Origin: a virus
Direction: 5' to 3' (one strand)
IMG/VR virus record: IMGVR_UViG_3300045988_137191
Length of the DNA: 44,024 nucleotides
Shown here: in pieces, positions 9,438-18,705 of the stretch
Layout: every line of letters begins with the position of its first letter
Position numbering within the stretch: position 1 is the stretch's first letter
Notes under the pieces: model-generated
Seen by the model: only the letters and a program-made list of their open reading frames with translations
Told to the model about the DNA's origin: nothing
The model's database searches: none
Made by a program: the position numbers and the translations under genes

Positions 9438-11309
9438 TTAGTCTGCCTCCGCCCAGTTTTTCGCCTCATGGCAGTCTACAATCAACGGAACCTTCAACGT
9501 AACGCATTCTTCAAGCACCCGCTGGAGTTCCTTGAGGGCTTCCTTGCCCATTTTCGTTGGAGGCACGGACACGTCAATTTCGTCGTGTACGGTAATGTGA
9601 GGGGGAAGCACTTCAAATAGCCCTGCCTCGTACGCATCCACCATACCTTTCTTCATGATATCTGCCGCCGTCCCCTGAATCAACCTGTTGTACAGCGAGT
9701 GCAATTTTCGGGAGGGATGCACCCTTGCCCTCCTGCCAAGCAACGTGAATATGTACCCTGTTTGGGTAGCCTTTTCCACAACGCGCTTGCGTGTCTGCTT
9801 AAGGAAGGGAACCTCCTTGTGGTACGCCTCCATGAACATGACCGCCTCTTCCTTTGACCAATAGAACTTGCGGGAGGCCGCTTCCGCGCCCATGCCGTAT
9901 GACGCGCCGAAGTTGAGTCGCTTGGCTGTACGCCTGTCGAACCCAGTGAGATCCTGAATGTGCTGATGGTAGTCCGTCTTCGGGTTGTCCCTGTACGTCT
10001 GCCTCAGCTCTTCGCTTCCAGGTCCAATCGCGTAATGCGCGCCTATTCGGTACTCAACCTGACTTTGGTCGAGTTTAGCCCACGTGTACCCTTCCTCCGG
10101 AATGAACAGCTTGCGCAGGATTTGCCCTTCCAACAGTTCGTCCCCGCCTGAGAACAGGTCGTCTTCCTGTGCTGAAACCTGTTGCAGGTTAGGTTTCGCG
10201 CTTGAAAAGCGTCCAGACACTGCTCCGTATCCGTCGCTCTTGAGCGGATGGAACTGGCAATGCAGTCTGTCCCCTACGACGAAATCGTAGTACGGAATGA
10301 GGAACATGTTGGTGAGCGTGTTGTAATGCCGCCATAGCAAGATGGTCTTCAGCTTAGGATCAATCCCGGCCATGACCATACGCGTGATGGCATCCTTGTC
10401 CAGATTGGGGTTGCCCTCCTTGCCTTTCATCTTCATGAATTCAGTTGGAGGATTGCGTGGGTACTCAATGCCCTTTCTGTCCAGCACCTTGGCAAGCTGA
10501 GTTGACGATCCAATATCGAACTCCCCGCCAGCCCATTCATAAAGGTCTGTTTGAAGTTCGTACATTTTGTCCACCACAGCCAAGGAAGTCTTCTTTAGCC
10601 GAGGCATGTCCAGCCTGACCCCTTGCTTGCGCATTTGAATCAGCAACGGTATGAGGCGGCACTCTATGCTATACACCTCATCAAGACCCTGCCTAGAGAT
10701 GACCTCCCGTTGCTTCTCGATGATTCGCATGGGCAACATGCCGTCCAGCTCGGCATACCGGGCTACAGCTTGCGCTGGCATCCTCCAAATGTGTTCACGA
10801 GCGTCCTTGAACTTCCAGCCTTGTTTGGCGCAATACATATCCAACAGGTCTGAAGCCTTCTCTTCGCACCCATAGATTTTAGCCAAGGCGGACAAGCTGT
10901 AGGACTGACGGTATTCGTCAATCAACGGCTCAGCGTATTGGATATCTTCAAACGGACCTTTGACTTCAATGCCCATGTTGTTAACGAGCCAGTCAAGATC
11001 GTATACAATGTTGGCTCCCACCTTGCGCGTGGGTTTGGCAAGAATGTCCTTGATTATGCGCAGGTTGCGCTCCTTGCGCTCCGGAGTGGTATCAGGATGC
11101 GCAATGTCCAAATAGACTGCCTTTTCCTTTGTTGCCAGCGAAACGCCAACAACATACCCGTCCTTACGAAAGACTCCCGGCCCTTTTGATCTAAGGTGAG
11201 GGTCTTTCGTTTCAGTGTCTACGCCTATTTCAGTGGCGGAACTCAGCCAATCAAAACTCATTATTCCGCTCCTTTGCCCTTTTAGTTCTTTCCCTCTTTG
11301 AGGCCTCAT
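9438..11309 (-). CDS. DNA polymerase, family A (T7-like), with an N-terminal 3'-5' exonuclease
   Basis: 623 aa. The Exo I motif GVDTETKD is present. Motif B is present as RRTAKRLNFGASYGMG. Motif C is present as HITVHDEIDV. Confidence 0.85.
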   Translation of the reverse strand: MRPQRGKELKGQRSGIMSFDWLSSATEIGVDTETKDPHLRSKGPGVFRKDGYVVGVSLATKEKAVYLDIAHPDTTPERKERNLRIIKDILAKPTRKVGANIVYDLDWLVNNMGIEVKGPFEDIQYAEPLIDEYRQSYSLSALAKIYGCEEKASDLLDMYCAKQGWKFKDAREHIWRMPAQAVARYAELDGMLPMRIIEKQREVISRQGLDEVYSIECRLIPLLIQMRKQGVRLDMPRLKKTSLAVVDKMYELQTDLYEWAGGEFDIGSSTQLAKVLDRKGIEYPRNPPTEFMKMKGKEGNPNLDKDAITRMVMAGIDPKLKTILLWRHYNTLTNMFLIPYYDFVVGDRLHCQFHPLKSDGYGAVSGRFSSAKPNLQQVSAQEDDLFSGGDELLEGQILRKLFIPEEGYTWAKLDQSQVEYRIGAHYAIGPGSEELRQTYRDNPKTDYHQHIQDLTGFDRRTAKRLNFGASYGMGAEAASRKFYWSKEEAVMFMEAYHKEVPFLKQTRKRVVEKATQTGYIFTLLGRRARVHPSRKLHSLYNRLIQGTAADIMKKGMVDAYEAGLFEVLPPHITVHDEIDVSVPPTKMGKEALKELQRVLEECVTLKVPLIVDCHEAKNWAEAD

Positions 11310-11640
11310 GTGCCAGTGTCTTGCACTCGTCAGAGCAATACTTAAACCTTGCGTCGCCCTTAAAAGGCTGTCCGCACTGCTTGCAATAGATCACGCGAGG
11401 CTCAGACCGTTGCGCCGCTATCTTGCACGCACGGCAGCAGTAGCGTTGCCAAGGTACAGCGGGAACGAACGTGTTGTAGCAGTCGGGGTTGGCGCACGAC
11501 CTACGCTCTTTTTCCCTTTCCTTTTGCTCCTTTTTGATCTTAGTAGCAAGGCTGGAATTGCATATGGCACATACAACGGTCTTTGTAGCGTTACCCACAA
11601 GCACATTGCGCCCGCAGATCGTGCATGCAAGAACTTTCAT
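11251..11640 (-). CDS. Cysteine-rich protein with several zinc-ribbon-like motifs, function unknown
   Basis: 129 aa counted from the Met at 11640, which has an AGGAGA ribosome-binding site. There are three paired CxxC/CxxxC clusters: CTICG...CAIC, CANPDC...CCRAC and CKQCG...CSDEC. Confidence 0.45.
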   Translation of the reverse strand: MKVLACTICGRNVLVGNATKTVVCAICNSSLATKIKKEQKEREKERRSCANPDCYNTFVPAVPWQRYCCRACKIAAQRSEPRVIYCKQCGQPFKGDARFKYCSDECKTLAHEASKRERTKRAKERNNEF

Positions 11641-11784
11641 AGCGTCTCCTGGATTTTTACCATGCGCAGGAACGTCGCTTTGAGCGGCGAAAATTCCTTT
11701 CGTGGCCTTTGCCCTATGCCGAAAGGGCGTCCTGCAAAACGGCATTCCTGCGCATTTTAAGAGTTTGCCTGTTATTTCAATAGG

Positions 11785-13056
11785 TTACTTAGAGCACGCT
11801 TCGGTCAGACTCAGGACTTCGATGAGAGGCCAGTGGCCTTTGTAATCCGTCTTGTAGGGCTTGTCGTAGATGACCTTGCGCACCCCAAGGTGGTTGAGAA
11901 GCTTCAGGCACGCATCGCATGGCCCATGCGTCACGTACACCACAGCGTTGCTCCAGTCTGAGAATCCGTTCTGGAGAGCCCTGATGCACGCCCTCATCTC
12001 AGCATGAACGGAGTAGCACCCGTCGCTGTAGAACACTTCCTTCTTGTCCCTTGCGCATTCAGTGCAAGCCTCCCCGTCCCGGTCTCCGTACCCCGTTGCG
12101 ATGATTTCTCCACGTGAGATAATCACAGCCCCACACTTCTTTTTTAAGCAACGGGACTCTTTAGAGGCCGTCCACGCCACGTTCATATTCATCGTATGAT
12201 TGCGCCAATCGAATAGCCCGATAAAACGTTGCACAAAAGCTCCAATTGTCAAACGCTGAATAGCGGCTTGGGGGCACGACACCAACGGCTGTGCAACATT
12301 AAGTCTCTCGTTGTCGTACCTCTTTTCGCAATCCCTGAACTTGTCAAACGCCCATTCATAGAAGTGCAAGTTGAGGGCTTGATGGATGTGATAACCTAAT
12401 TCAAGGTTAGGATACGTTCTTTTAAGCATTGCGAGCGCAGTGTAATGCACGACCCTGAAGAAAGGCAAGTCATACGGCAGACCGTACCAAAGGTCATTGG
12501 ATCGCATGATGACTTGCATGTTGAGCGCATCACCTTGAATGTACAGGTTGATGATCAATGTGCAAGGATTATCGTTGCTGATGTAGGCATGTTCCTTGGA
12601 GTACAGCGTCATCACAGCCTTTTTGGAATCAGGGTTGTTACGCAAGCAATTGATTGCGTGCTCGAACTGAGTAAAACCATGCTTATTCTCGTCATGGAAC
12701 AGAAGGAACCCATAGTTGCTGTTGATGGTTTTTCCGTCGTCGGAGCACTTGCTCCAGAACTTGCTCATCTTTACAGCGTCTTCCAATTGACGAGATCCGC
12801 TCGCGTAAAAGTCCAGTTCCTTCTCAAGGTACTCCTGAGAGGGATACCGTCCAAGGCAATACGTAGAAGCCTCCGGGTCGAGCACCAACGTTACGTTGCG
12901 CATTTCGTAGAGCCCTTGACCCTTGCGGTTAACAGTGTGCCGACCGTTCTTATGGATGTAATAGAAGATATCCAAGAAAGGCACGCACTGTCCTTTCTTT
13001 ACGTTAAAGGTAGTGAACACAGGGTATTCGTTAGTTCCAAGTTGAGGGGTATCCAT
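11785..13056 (-). CDS. Fusion protein: N-terminal thymidylate-synthase-family pyrimidine C5-(hydroxy)methylase (apparently cytosine-specific) joined to a C-terminal dCMP deaminase
   Basis: 423 aa. The N-terminal part aligns with ThyA: LRNNPDSKK matches LKNDPDSRR, the nucleophile Cys sits in NPCT, and RSNDLWYGLPYD aligns with RSCDVFLGLPFN. That alignment puts an Asp at the Asn177 position, which is the dCMP-hydroxymethylase type. The C-terminal part carries the zinc motifs HAEMRA and GPCDAC of the cytidylate/deoxycytidylate deaminase family. Confidence 0.7.
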   Translation of the reverse strand: MDTPQLGTNEYPVFTTFNVKKGQCVPFLDIFYYIHKNGRHTVNRKGQGLYEMRNVTLVLDPEASTYCLGRYPSQEYLEKELDFYASGSRQLEDAVKMSKFWSKCSDDGKTINSNYGFLLFHDENKHGFTQFEHAINCLRNNPDSKKAVMTLYSKEHAYISNDNPCTLIINLYIQGDALNMQVIMRSNDLWYGLPYDLPFFRVVHYTALAMLKRTYPNLELGYHIHQALNLHFYEWAFDKFRDCEKRYDNERLNVAQPLVSCPQAAIQRLTIGAFVQRFIGLFDWRNHTMNMNVAWTASKESRCLKKKCGAVIISRGEIIATGYGDRDGEACTECARDKKEVFYSDGCYSVHAEMRACIRALQNGFSDWSNAVVYVTHGPCDACLKLLNHLGVRKVIYDKPYKTDYKGHWPLIEVLSLTEACSK

Positions 13057-14446
13057 ACGTATTTTCCTTTAGTTTTAGGGTTAATCTGCTCTTTGCCCTT
13101 GTTACTCCTACGTAATACGCCCGAAGTTCTGAGTTCATAAACGAAACCCACGTTCGGTACGTCTTGTAGGAGAAGTCTAGAGCCAATACAACGTGGGAGC
13201 TTTCGGCTCCCTTCGCCGCGTGAATGGTGCTGAGTGTTATATTGGGTTCCTTTTCAAAGTTCTCCTTTGAGCTAAGAAGCCTACGAATGAACCCTGCCTC
13301 TTCCTGATTGGCGTAAACAACGAACCATGGAGAGCTAGGGCAATCCAGTGTAAGAAAGAAGTCCTTGTACAGTTCAAGCAGTAGTTTGGCCTTTTCGTAC
13401 CCTTTTTCTCTCTTTCTTACTTGCTCGTACAGGGTTATAGCGCGAAGAGACTTAGGATTAACAGCGGGCTTTACCGCATTCCTTTCTACTTTGGAGTAAT
13501 TAACTCCTATTAGCCGAAGCCACTTTTCAGCCCTGTTGAGCTCTGCATGGGTTCTTGCAAGAACCAATGTAGGAGTGTTGGGCTCAAAAGATACGTTAGC
13601 CCAATTGGTAGCCGAATCTAACACGCCCTCCTCATCACGAGGATTGAATATCTTTTTGGAGCTTCCCGCTATCCTAGAAGATATCTCCATTGCAAAATGA
13701 TGAACGGCCTTTGGAAGCCTGTGGCTCTGATCAAGAACCTTGTAAGACGGAACATCAATGAACCGTTGTACGTCGGCTCCTGCCCACTCGTAGACCCCTT
13801 GGTCATCGTCACCTGCGAGATAGATTTTGGACGCATTACTGAACAGCTTTAGCATCACCTCCCATTGAAGCATGGTTAAGTCCTGCGCCTCGTCTATGAA
13901 GACCACGTCCACGGGCAATGGATCTTGAGTTAAGTAACTCTGATACAATATGTCCGTGAAGTCCATCAGTCCATTCTGCTTCTTGTAGCGCAGGTAGTTC
14001 TTTTCTACAAAACGCAGCAGTTGTGTATTTGAGTCTTTGATGAATACTTCAAACACATCAGGATTGGTAAGACGAAGTTGGCATGCCACAATGCAACGTG
14101 CAGTTTCTGAATGTGGAACCCCTGTTGCATACAGGTCTGACATAACCAGAGGCAAACCCAAAGCGTGGGCAAGTTCCCTATAATGCTCGCTTCCCATTAC
14201 CTGATCCCTTGTGAGACCAAGTTTGTGATAGCAAATGGAGTGCATGGTTTTAAAGTAAGGAACGTCCTCCTTCTTTAAGTTGAACCTTTTGAGTGCCCGA
14301 TCTACGCCCTCGTACGCACCCTTCCTTGTGAAGGATACAAAGGCTATCCTTTCGGGAGGTGTACGCTTGAGTTCTTCTTCTAGCATATCGAGCAAGAAGG
14401 TTGTCTTTCCTGTTCCTGGAGGCCCAATGATCTTGTACAAGTTCAT
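13031..14446 (-). CDS. UvrD/PcrA-like SF1 DNA helicase
   Basis: 471 aa. Walker A is GPPGTGKT, Walker B is IDEAQD, and the C-terminal motif YVGVTRAK is present. Confidence 0.8.
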   Translation of the reverse strand: MNLYKIIGPPGTGKTTFLLDMLEEELKRTPPERIAFVSFTRKGAYEGVDRALKRFNLKKEDVPYFKTMHSICYHKLGLTRDQVMGSEHYRELAHALGLPLVMSDLYATGVPHSETARCIVACQLRLTNPDVFEVFIKDSNTQLLRFVEKNYLRYKKQNGLMDFTDILYQSYLTQDPLPVDVVFIDEAQDLTMLQWEVMLKLFSNASKIYLAGDDDQGVYEWAGADVQRFIDVPSYKVLDQSHRLPKAVHHFAMEISSRIAGSSKKIFNPRDEEGVLDSATNWANVSFEPNTPTLVLARTHAELNRAEKWLRLIGVNYSKVERNAVKPAVNPKSLRAITLYEQVRKREKGYEKAKLLLELYKDFFLTLDCPSSPWFVVYANQEEAGFIRRLLSSKENFEKEPNITLSTIHAAKGAESSHVVLALDFSYKTYRTWVSFMNSELRAYYVGVTRAKSRLTLKLKENTYGYPSTWN

Positions 14447-16134
14447 TAGAAATCTCCCTGTTCCTGTTCGAACTTCAGAGCTGGGACGGTTTCATCGTCT
14501 TCTACGTCTTCGCGTTGCAGCGCCATACGGCGCAGTTTTTCCGCCGCCGTAAGTGGACGGCCTCCCTGAGGGGACTCTGAAGGACGTTTTTCCTGCAAGG
14601 TAGGCGCAGGGGTAGCCGCCGGGGAAGTGCCCTCAGAATCGCAGGGAGCCTCCTCCAACGCTTGCTGGTGTATAGCCCAAACCCTAAACGCCTTCTTGGT
14701 GAGCGGGTTATAGAGCTTTGTGGCGTATGCCCCATAGTTTTTCAGTTGCTGATGCAGTCTGTTCGTCCCGCCTATCTTGTAGCGTTTGATGTACTCCAAG
14801 AACCCCATGAAATCAGTGGGACGGAAGCAGTAACCCAAGTCATCATCGAAGTAAGCCTGACCCATTAAAACCTGACCCGGAGCCTGAGCAAGCTGGCGTT
14901 CCATGAGGAACTCCCTCAGATGTTGCTTAAGGATCTCGGTTTCGGACAACATTTCGTCCCCATTGTCTAGCTTCACTATTTCAATGTTGGAAAGGGCTTT
15001 GTTGAGGATTTCAATCCATATAGACTCCTTAAGCCGATTCGGGCATCTATGGAGGTACCTGACGCAGTAGTCTGCGAATCTGTCCTGCTTACGCAATTCA
15101 GCTTCAGAATAAAACGTCATGTCCTGCCCATTGATCTTCCATACGTAATACGGTGGATCCGATTCAACCTGACGCAAACCCTCAAATGAGAAGTCGCTCA
15201 CGTAGGTTGAGCTTTTGCCGAACTTGCGTTTGGCGCAGACTGCCTTATTGCAGAAGTCAGCCAGCCAAGGTTCATCACACTGGTAACTGTAGTCGCCGTT
15301 GAAGAAGGAATGAAGAACAGTGCGTTCCAACTCCAATTCATCCATAGGCGTAGCCAGTGAGTTGTTTACGGCCTTGAGCCGTTCCTCATAGTCATCAGGG
15401 TTCCTGCTCTTCAGATAGACGCAAGTGTTGAACAGAAACTTGTTTCGGTTATGGTTCTCTTCCGTCACCAGACCCGACAGGTAGAGCCGTTGAAGGCAAG
15501 GCGGAGCCTCTGCAAAGGGCATACGAGTAAGTGCGTCCTTGAGTGCGCCCACAGAAGTCCTTCGGCTCCATGCGAGCTCCATTGCCTCTTCAAACCCAAG
15601 GGGATTTCCCTCATCGTCGTAGGCGTAGCGTGTCGTGTTGTAGGCATCAAAGTACGGAAGGTTGATCCAGTTGCCTATGGCTTCCGTAGACGCTTGCTTT
15701 GGAAAGATCTCAGTATCCTTTGGGAGACCCAACAGAGATACAGTTCTTTCCAGTTGCTTTATTACGTCCCTTGCTTCTGTCTCCTTGGTGAAGAAAATAA
15801 AGGCATGCGCTCCTCCACTCTTGCTCTTGAACACCGTAAAGGGCAAGCTGTACTTGGTAAAGAAGAAGCAAAACCGACGAGGATCCAAGGGGTATACGTC
15901 TATATCGATAGCCGCGAACCATACCTTGTTGTCCCCCGTCAGCGGAACTATCCCAATGGACTTTGTTCCCTTTATATGCTCCTCGTACACCTCGTCCGTG
16001 ATTGCCGTCTTTTCAGTGTATGACGATCCCTTTCGCTTTTCACCTTCCACGTGTGGGGATTTGTCTGGCACGTGAACTCCGTAGCAAGAATCCCTTCCGG
16101 TGAAAAGCAGTTTGAATTGTGCCAGCGCGGACAT
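14446..16134 (-). CDS. Primase-polymerase (archaeo-eukaryotic primase superfamily)
   Basis: 562 aa. AEP motif I is present as FAAIDIDVY. Motif II is present as SKSGGAHAFIFF. No fused helicase domain is apparent. Confidence 0.6.
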   Translation of the reverse strand: MSALAQFKLLFTGRDSCYGVHVPDKSPHVEGEKRKGSSYTEKTAITDEVYEEHIKGTKSIGIVPLTGDNKVWFAAIDIDVYPLDPRRFCFFFTKYSLPFTVFKSKSGGAHAFIFFTKETEARDVIKQLERTVSLLGLPKDTEIFPKQASTEAIGNWINLPYFDAYNTTRYAYDDEGNPLGFEEAMELAWSRRTSVGALKDALTRMPFAEAPPCLQRLYLSGLVTEENHNRNKFLFNTCVYLKSRNPDDYEERLKAVNNSLATPMDELELERTVLHSFFNGDYSYQCDEPWLADFCNKAVCAKRKFGKSSTYVSDFSFEGLRQVESDPPYYVWKINGQDMTFYSEAELRKQDRFADYCVRYLHRCPNRLKESIWIEILNKALSNIEIVKLDNGDEMLSETEILKQHLREFLMERQLAQAPGQVLMGQAYFDDDLGYCFRPTDFMGFLEYIKRYKIGGTNRLHQQLKNYGAYATKLYNPLTKKAFRVWAIHQQALEEAPCDSEGTSPAATPAPTLQEKRPSESPQGGRPLTAAEKLRRMALQREDVEDDETVPALKFEQEQGDF

Positions 16135-16139
16135 AGAGC

Positions 16140-16820
16140 CTACCTAGGATTTTTGCAGTACGTATGGAAGTAGTCTTCCCACAAGCCGTTGAGATTGAGC
16201 CACGTGTAGAAGTTGGTTATCTGATTGACGATCCGTTCCTCAGCCGTTTCCAAGTCCAGCTTCATATTGATAGCCTTCAATGACTTGATCTTCGTTGACC
16301 CCGCGTCTTCCCATACAGCCACGAGGAATTGGAAATAAGGTATCTCCCAGAACATGCCGTAGACCAGAGGTTGCCAAGACTCGGTATACTTACGTTCATC
16401 CTTGAAGTTGCCCGTGGTCTTTATATCGATGATCTTTCCGTACTGAAAATGATCCGAACCCTTGGGGAACAGAACGTCTGCTTTGCCAGCGGTCTTTACC
16501 TTGCCGTATCCCGGAACGTCATAAGTCCGTTCGCCCCATACTTGGAACTTGCCGTACATGCACCTGTCCACTACGATCTTGAACTCAGTGCTTCCCGGCA
16601 GTTCATGGTTCTTCCAGCCAAACTGCAAGCACCCTTCCACTCGCTTTTGAACCTGAGCTTCAAAATTGAGACCCTTGGTGATCTCGGGAGTGGGCTTGAA
16701 AGGAGCCCTTTTGATCGTGCTGACCAGCCCTTCATACGCTCTGACCTTCCAGCTTTCGGGGCATCCGATATAGAAGTCAAACGAGTTCAGCAAAGTCGGA
16801 GCTATTTTTAATGTTGCCAT
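16140..16820 (-). CDS. PD-(D/E)XK exonuclease (RecB / Cas4 / YqaJ-like)
   Basis: About 226 aa counted from the Met at 16820, which has an AAGGAA ribosome-binding site. The nuclease signature appears as GKADVLF...IIDIKTTG. A QxxxY-type motif appears as ESWQPLVYG. Confidence 0.55.
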   Translation of the reverse strand: MATLKIAPTLLNSFDFYIGCPESWKVRAYEGLVSTIKRAPFKPTPEITKGLNFEAQVQKRVEGCLQFGWKNHELPGSTEFKIVVDRCMYGKFQVWGERTYDVPGYGKVKTAGKADVLFPKGSDHFQYGKIIDIKTTGNFKDERKYTESWQPLVYGMFWEIPYFQFLVAVWEDAGSTKIKSLKAINMKLDLETAEERIVNQITNFYTWLNLNGLWEDYFHTYCKNPR

Positions 16821-17202
16821 ATGGAGTTCCTTTGAACAGGTATAGGTTTTCTTTGTGTAGTACCATAAGGTAGTACGGAGCCTTTTGCTCAAGTGCTTCC
16901 AGCATGAAAGCTACCTGACCCGGTTGCCAAGTGAAATTAAGAAGGACGTCAGTGAACTTCGCCTGACGACAAACCTTAGCTTCAATGAAGATGACGCGAG
17001 AGCCCTTGTAGGCAACTATGTCCGGGAACCCGTTCTGCAACGTGTTCTCTACTCGATAATAGTTCCATCCCTTTGGTTCCAGTTTACGCTTAACGTAATG
17101 GTACACCGCGTCCTCTTTGGCATCAGGCTTCCCTCTCCACGCCAATACTGCGGCATAGAGAGGGAAGTTGAACACCTTCATTTCAATGAAGGACACAGCC
17201 AT
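16777..17202 (-). CDS. VRR-NUC domain nuclease
   Basis: 141 aa. GFPDIVAYKGSRVIFIEAK fits the G-PD...E-K VRR-NUC signature. Confidence 0.55.
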   Translation of the reverse strand: MAVSFIEMKVFNFPLYAAVLAWRGKPDAKEDAVYHYVKRKLEPKGWNYYRVENTLQNGFPDIVAYKGSRVIFIEAKVCRQAKFTDVLLNFTWQPGQVAFMLEALEQKAPYYLMVLHKENLYLFKGTPYGNIKNSSDFAELV

Positions 17203-17205
17203 ACT

Positions 17206-17982
17206 CTAGAACGTAGCTCCGCCGGGGGTAACATCAATGGCTTCAGATGCGTCACCCGCTTCCAGCGCAGTGAAGTCTAGACGCTGTTCGGGAGTGGGCA
17301 ACGCCTTGCGTTCCTCAGTGACAAGCTGAAGCGTTTCCTTGCCGACGAACCCTGCGAACTCCACATGCAGACCAGCCCACGAGCCCTGATCGTTGCTCAT
17401 GGGAACCGTGGTCAGCGTCCACTTCATGAAGTAGGGAAGAGCCTTGCGTCCGGTTCCCGGGATGAATGTGCTGGTAAGCAAGCGGTTCCACCTACGGGCT
17501 TCCTTCAGTTGCGTGGAGGACAAGCAGAGAAGGCAGATACCGTCTTCGATGTAGTCCGGGAACACGATGTAGTATGTGTACGTATCAACGAACTCGTTTC
17601 CTGTTCTGGAGATGAGCTTGTTCTTTTCGTTGCGGTGAAGCTCCCCAGTAGCCTCCATCTGAGCGACAATCTCAGGGGTATGCGCCTGAACGAAGCCGCC
17701 GCGATTGGGCTTCCATTCGATAAAGTAACGGTCGAACCGTCCCACCACAACGTCAACCGGGGGCTCAATGACCCTGTTGTTGATGTTGTTCAGGAACATG
17801 CCTTCTTCCGCGCCTGGGATATGGTTGGGATCAGTGCGCTTGCATTGCGGGGACAGGCTCTGCAGAATGCGAATGAACGGGAACGCAACAACGTCAGCGG
17901 AAAGGCTTTCAAAGCCTCCCAGTCCGTCGTCGAAGAGATGGGAATAGTCCTCAGCCTGATTCTGCATGGTTTCCTTGGTCAT
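17206..17982 (-). CDS. Hypothetical protein; possibly a gp2.5-like ssDNA-binding protein
   Basis: 258 aa. It has an acidic C-terminal tail ending in Phe, as T7 gp2.5 does. It lies beside nuclease and polymerase genes. Support is weak. Confidence 0.3.
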   Translation of the reverse strand: MTKETMQNQAEDYSHLFDDGLGGFESLSADVVAFPFIRILQSLSPQCKRTDPNHIPGAEEGMFLNNINNRVIEPPVDVVVGRFDRYFIEWKPNRGGFVQAHTPEIVAQMEATGELHRNEKNKLISRTGNEFVDTYTYYIVFPDYIEDGICLLCLSSTQLKEARRWNRLLTSTFIPGTGRKALPYFMKWTLTTVPMSNDQGSWAGLHVEFAGFVGKETLQLVTEERKALPTPEQRLDFTALEAGDASEAIDVTPGGATF

Positions 17983-17998
17983 GATTGCGTCTCCTTGT

Positions 17999-18505
17999 TT
18001 AGCCTATGATGAACTTTTCATAGTCGGCTTTGTCGAAAGCACCGCCAGCCTGAACAGCAAGGTAGTGAAGCCCGAGCTGTGTAAGGTGGTCGACCACGTC
18101 CTGGAAGTATTGGCTATGCCCTTCTTCCTCGACAATGATCTTTTTCAGAAGCTGAGCCGACACGTGGTCAATCTCGCTCAGTTTCTGAATGTACTCGTTG
18201 TACTTGAATACCGTGTCCCGCTCGAGATCAGCGTCGGTTGCGAAAACAACCATAGGCTCCTGATTGGTGTCCACGTTCTGAGCCGGGGCAACGATAGGAA
18301 TGCCGCCGAGTTCACGAATACGCTCGCTGAGCATCTCAGCATGGCGCATTTCCGAAATGGCGATTTTCTTTACGGCCTTGGCAAACGTAGGGAACATGAG
18401 GTTGTCAAGGGCATAGTGGTGTTGCATGTACTGACCGATGGCGACAAGCTCCATTGATCTGGCCAGATTCAGAATGTCTATCGATTCCTGAGGGTTCAAC
18501 GACAT
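17999..18505 (-). CDS. Bacterioferritin (Bfr)-like diiron ferritin-fold protein
   Basis: 168 aa. It aligns with E. coli Bfr: ELVAIGQYMQHHY matches ELVAINQYFLHAR. AISEMRHAE matches IDEMKHAD and includes the heme-ligating Met. VEEEGH matches RDEEGH. Confidence 0.7.
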   Translation of the reverse strand: MSLNPQESIDILNLARSMELVAIGQYMQHHYALDNLMFPTFAKAVKKIAISEMRHAEMLSERIRELGGIPIVAPAQNVDTNQEPMVVFATDADLERDTVFKYNEYIQKLSEIDHVSAQLLKKIIVEEEGHSQYFQDVVDHLTQLGLHYLAVQAGGAFDKADYEKFIIG

Positions 18506-18507
18506 AC

Positions 18508-18705
18508 TTACTCCTTTTCGTTTAATAGGTCACGCAGTTCTTCTACATATTCCAACAAGCACGCCACGTCGTCACTGGCTATGGACAAGCCGCCGACGAA
18601 CATGTCATAGTCTCCTACCCGCGACTGAATCTCTTCCAGTTCCTCGTCCGTCATCACTTGCTCCTTTTGATTGTAGTGTTGTAGTAGGTGAACGCGGATA
18701 CGCAC
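18508..18705 (-). CDS. Small acidic hypothetical protein
   Basis: 65 aa ORF in the operon. It has no recognisable motifs. Confidence 0.3.
   Translation of the reverse strand: MRIRVHLLQHYNQKEQVMTDEELEEIQSRVGDYDMFVGGLSIASDDVACLLEYVEELRDLLNEKE

Noticed and set aside
18508-18705. The 65-aa ORF after the bacterioferritin gene, considered as a Bfd-type [2Fe-2S] ferredoxin.
   Set aside because: It has a single cysteine, whereas Bfd needs four.
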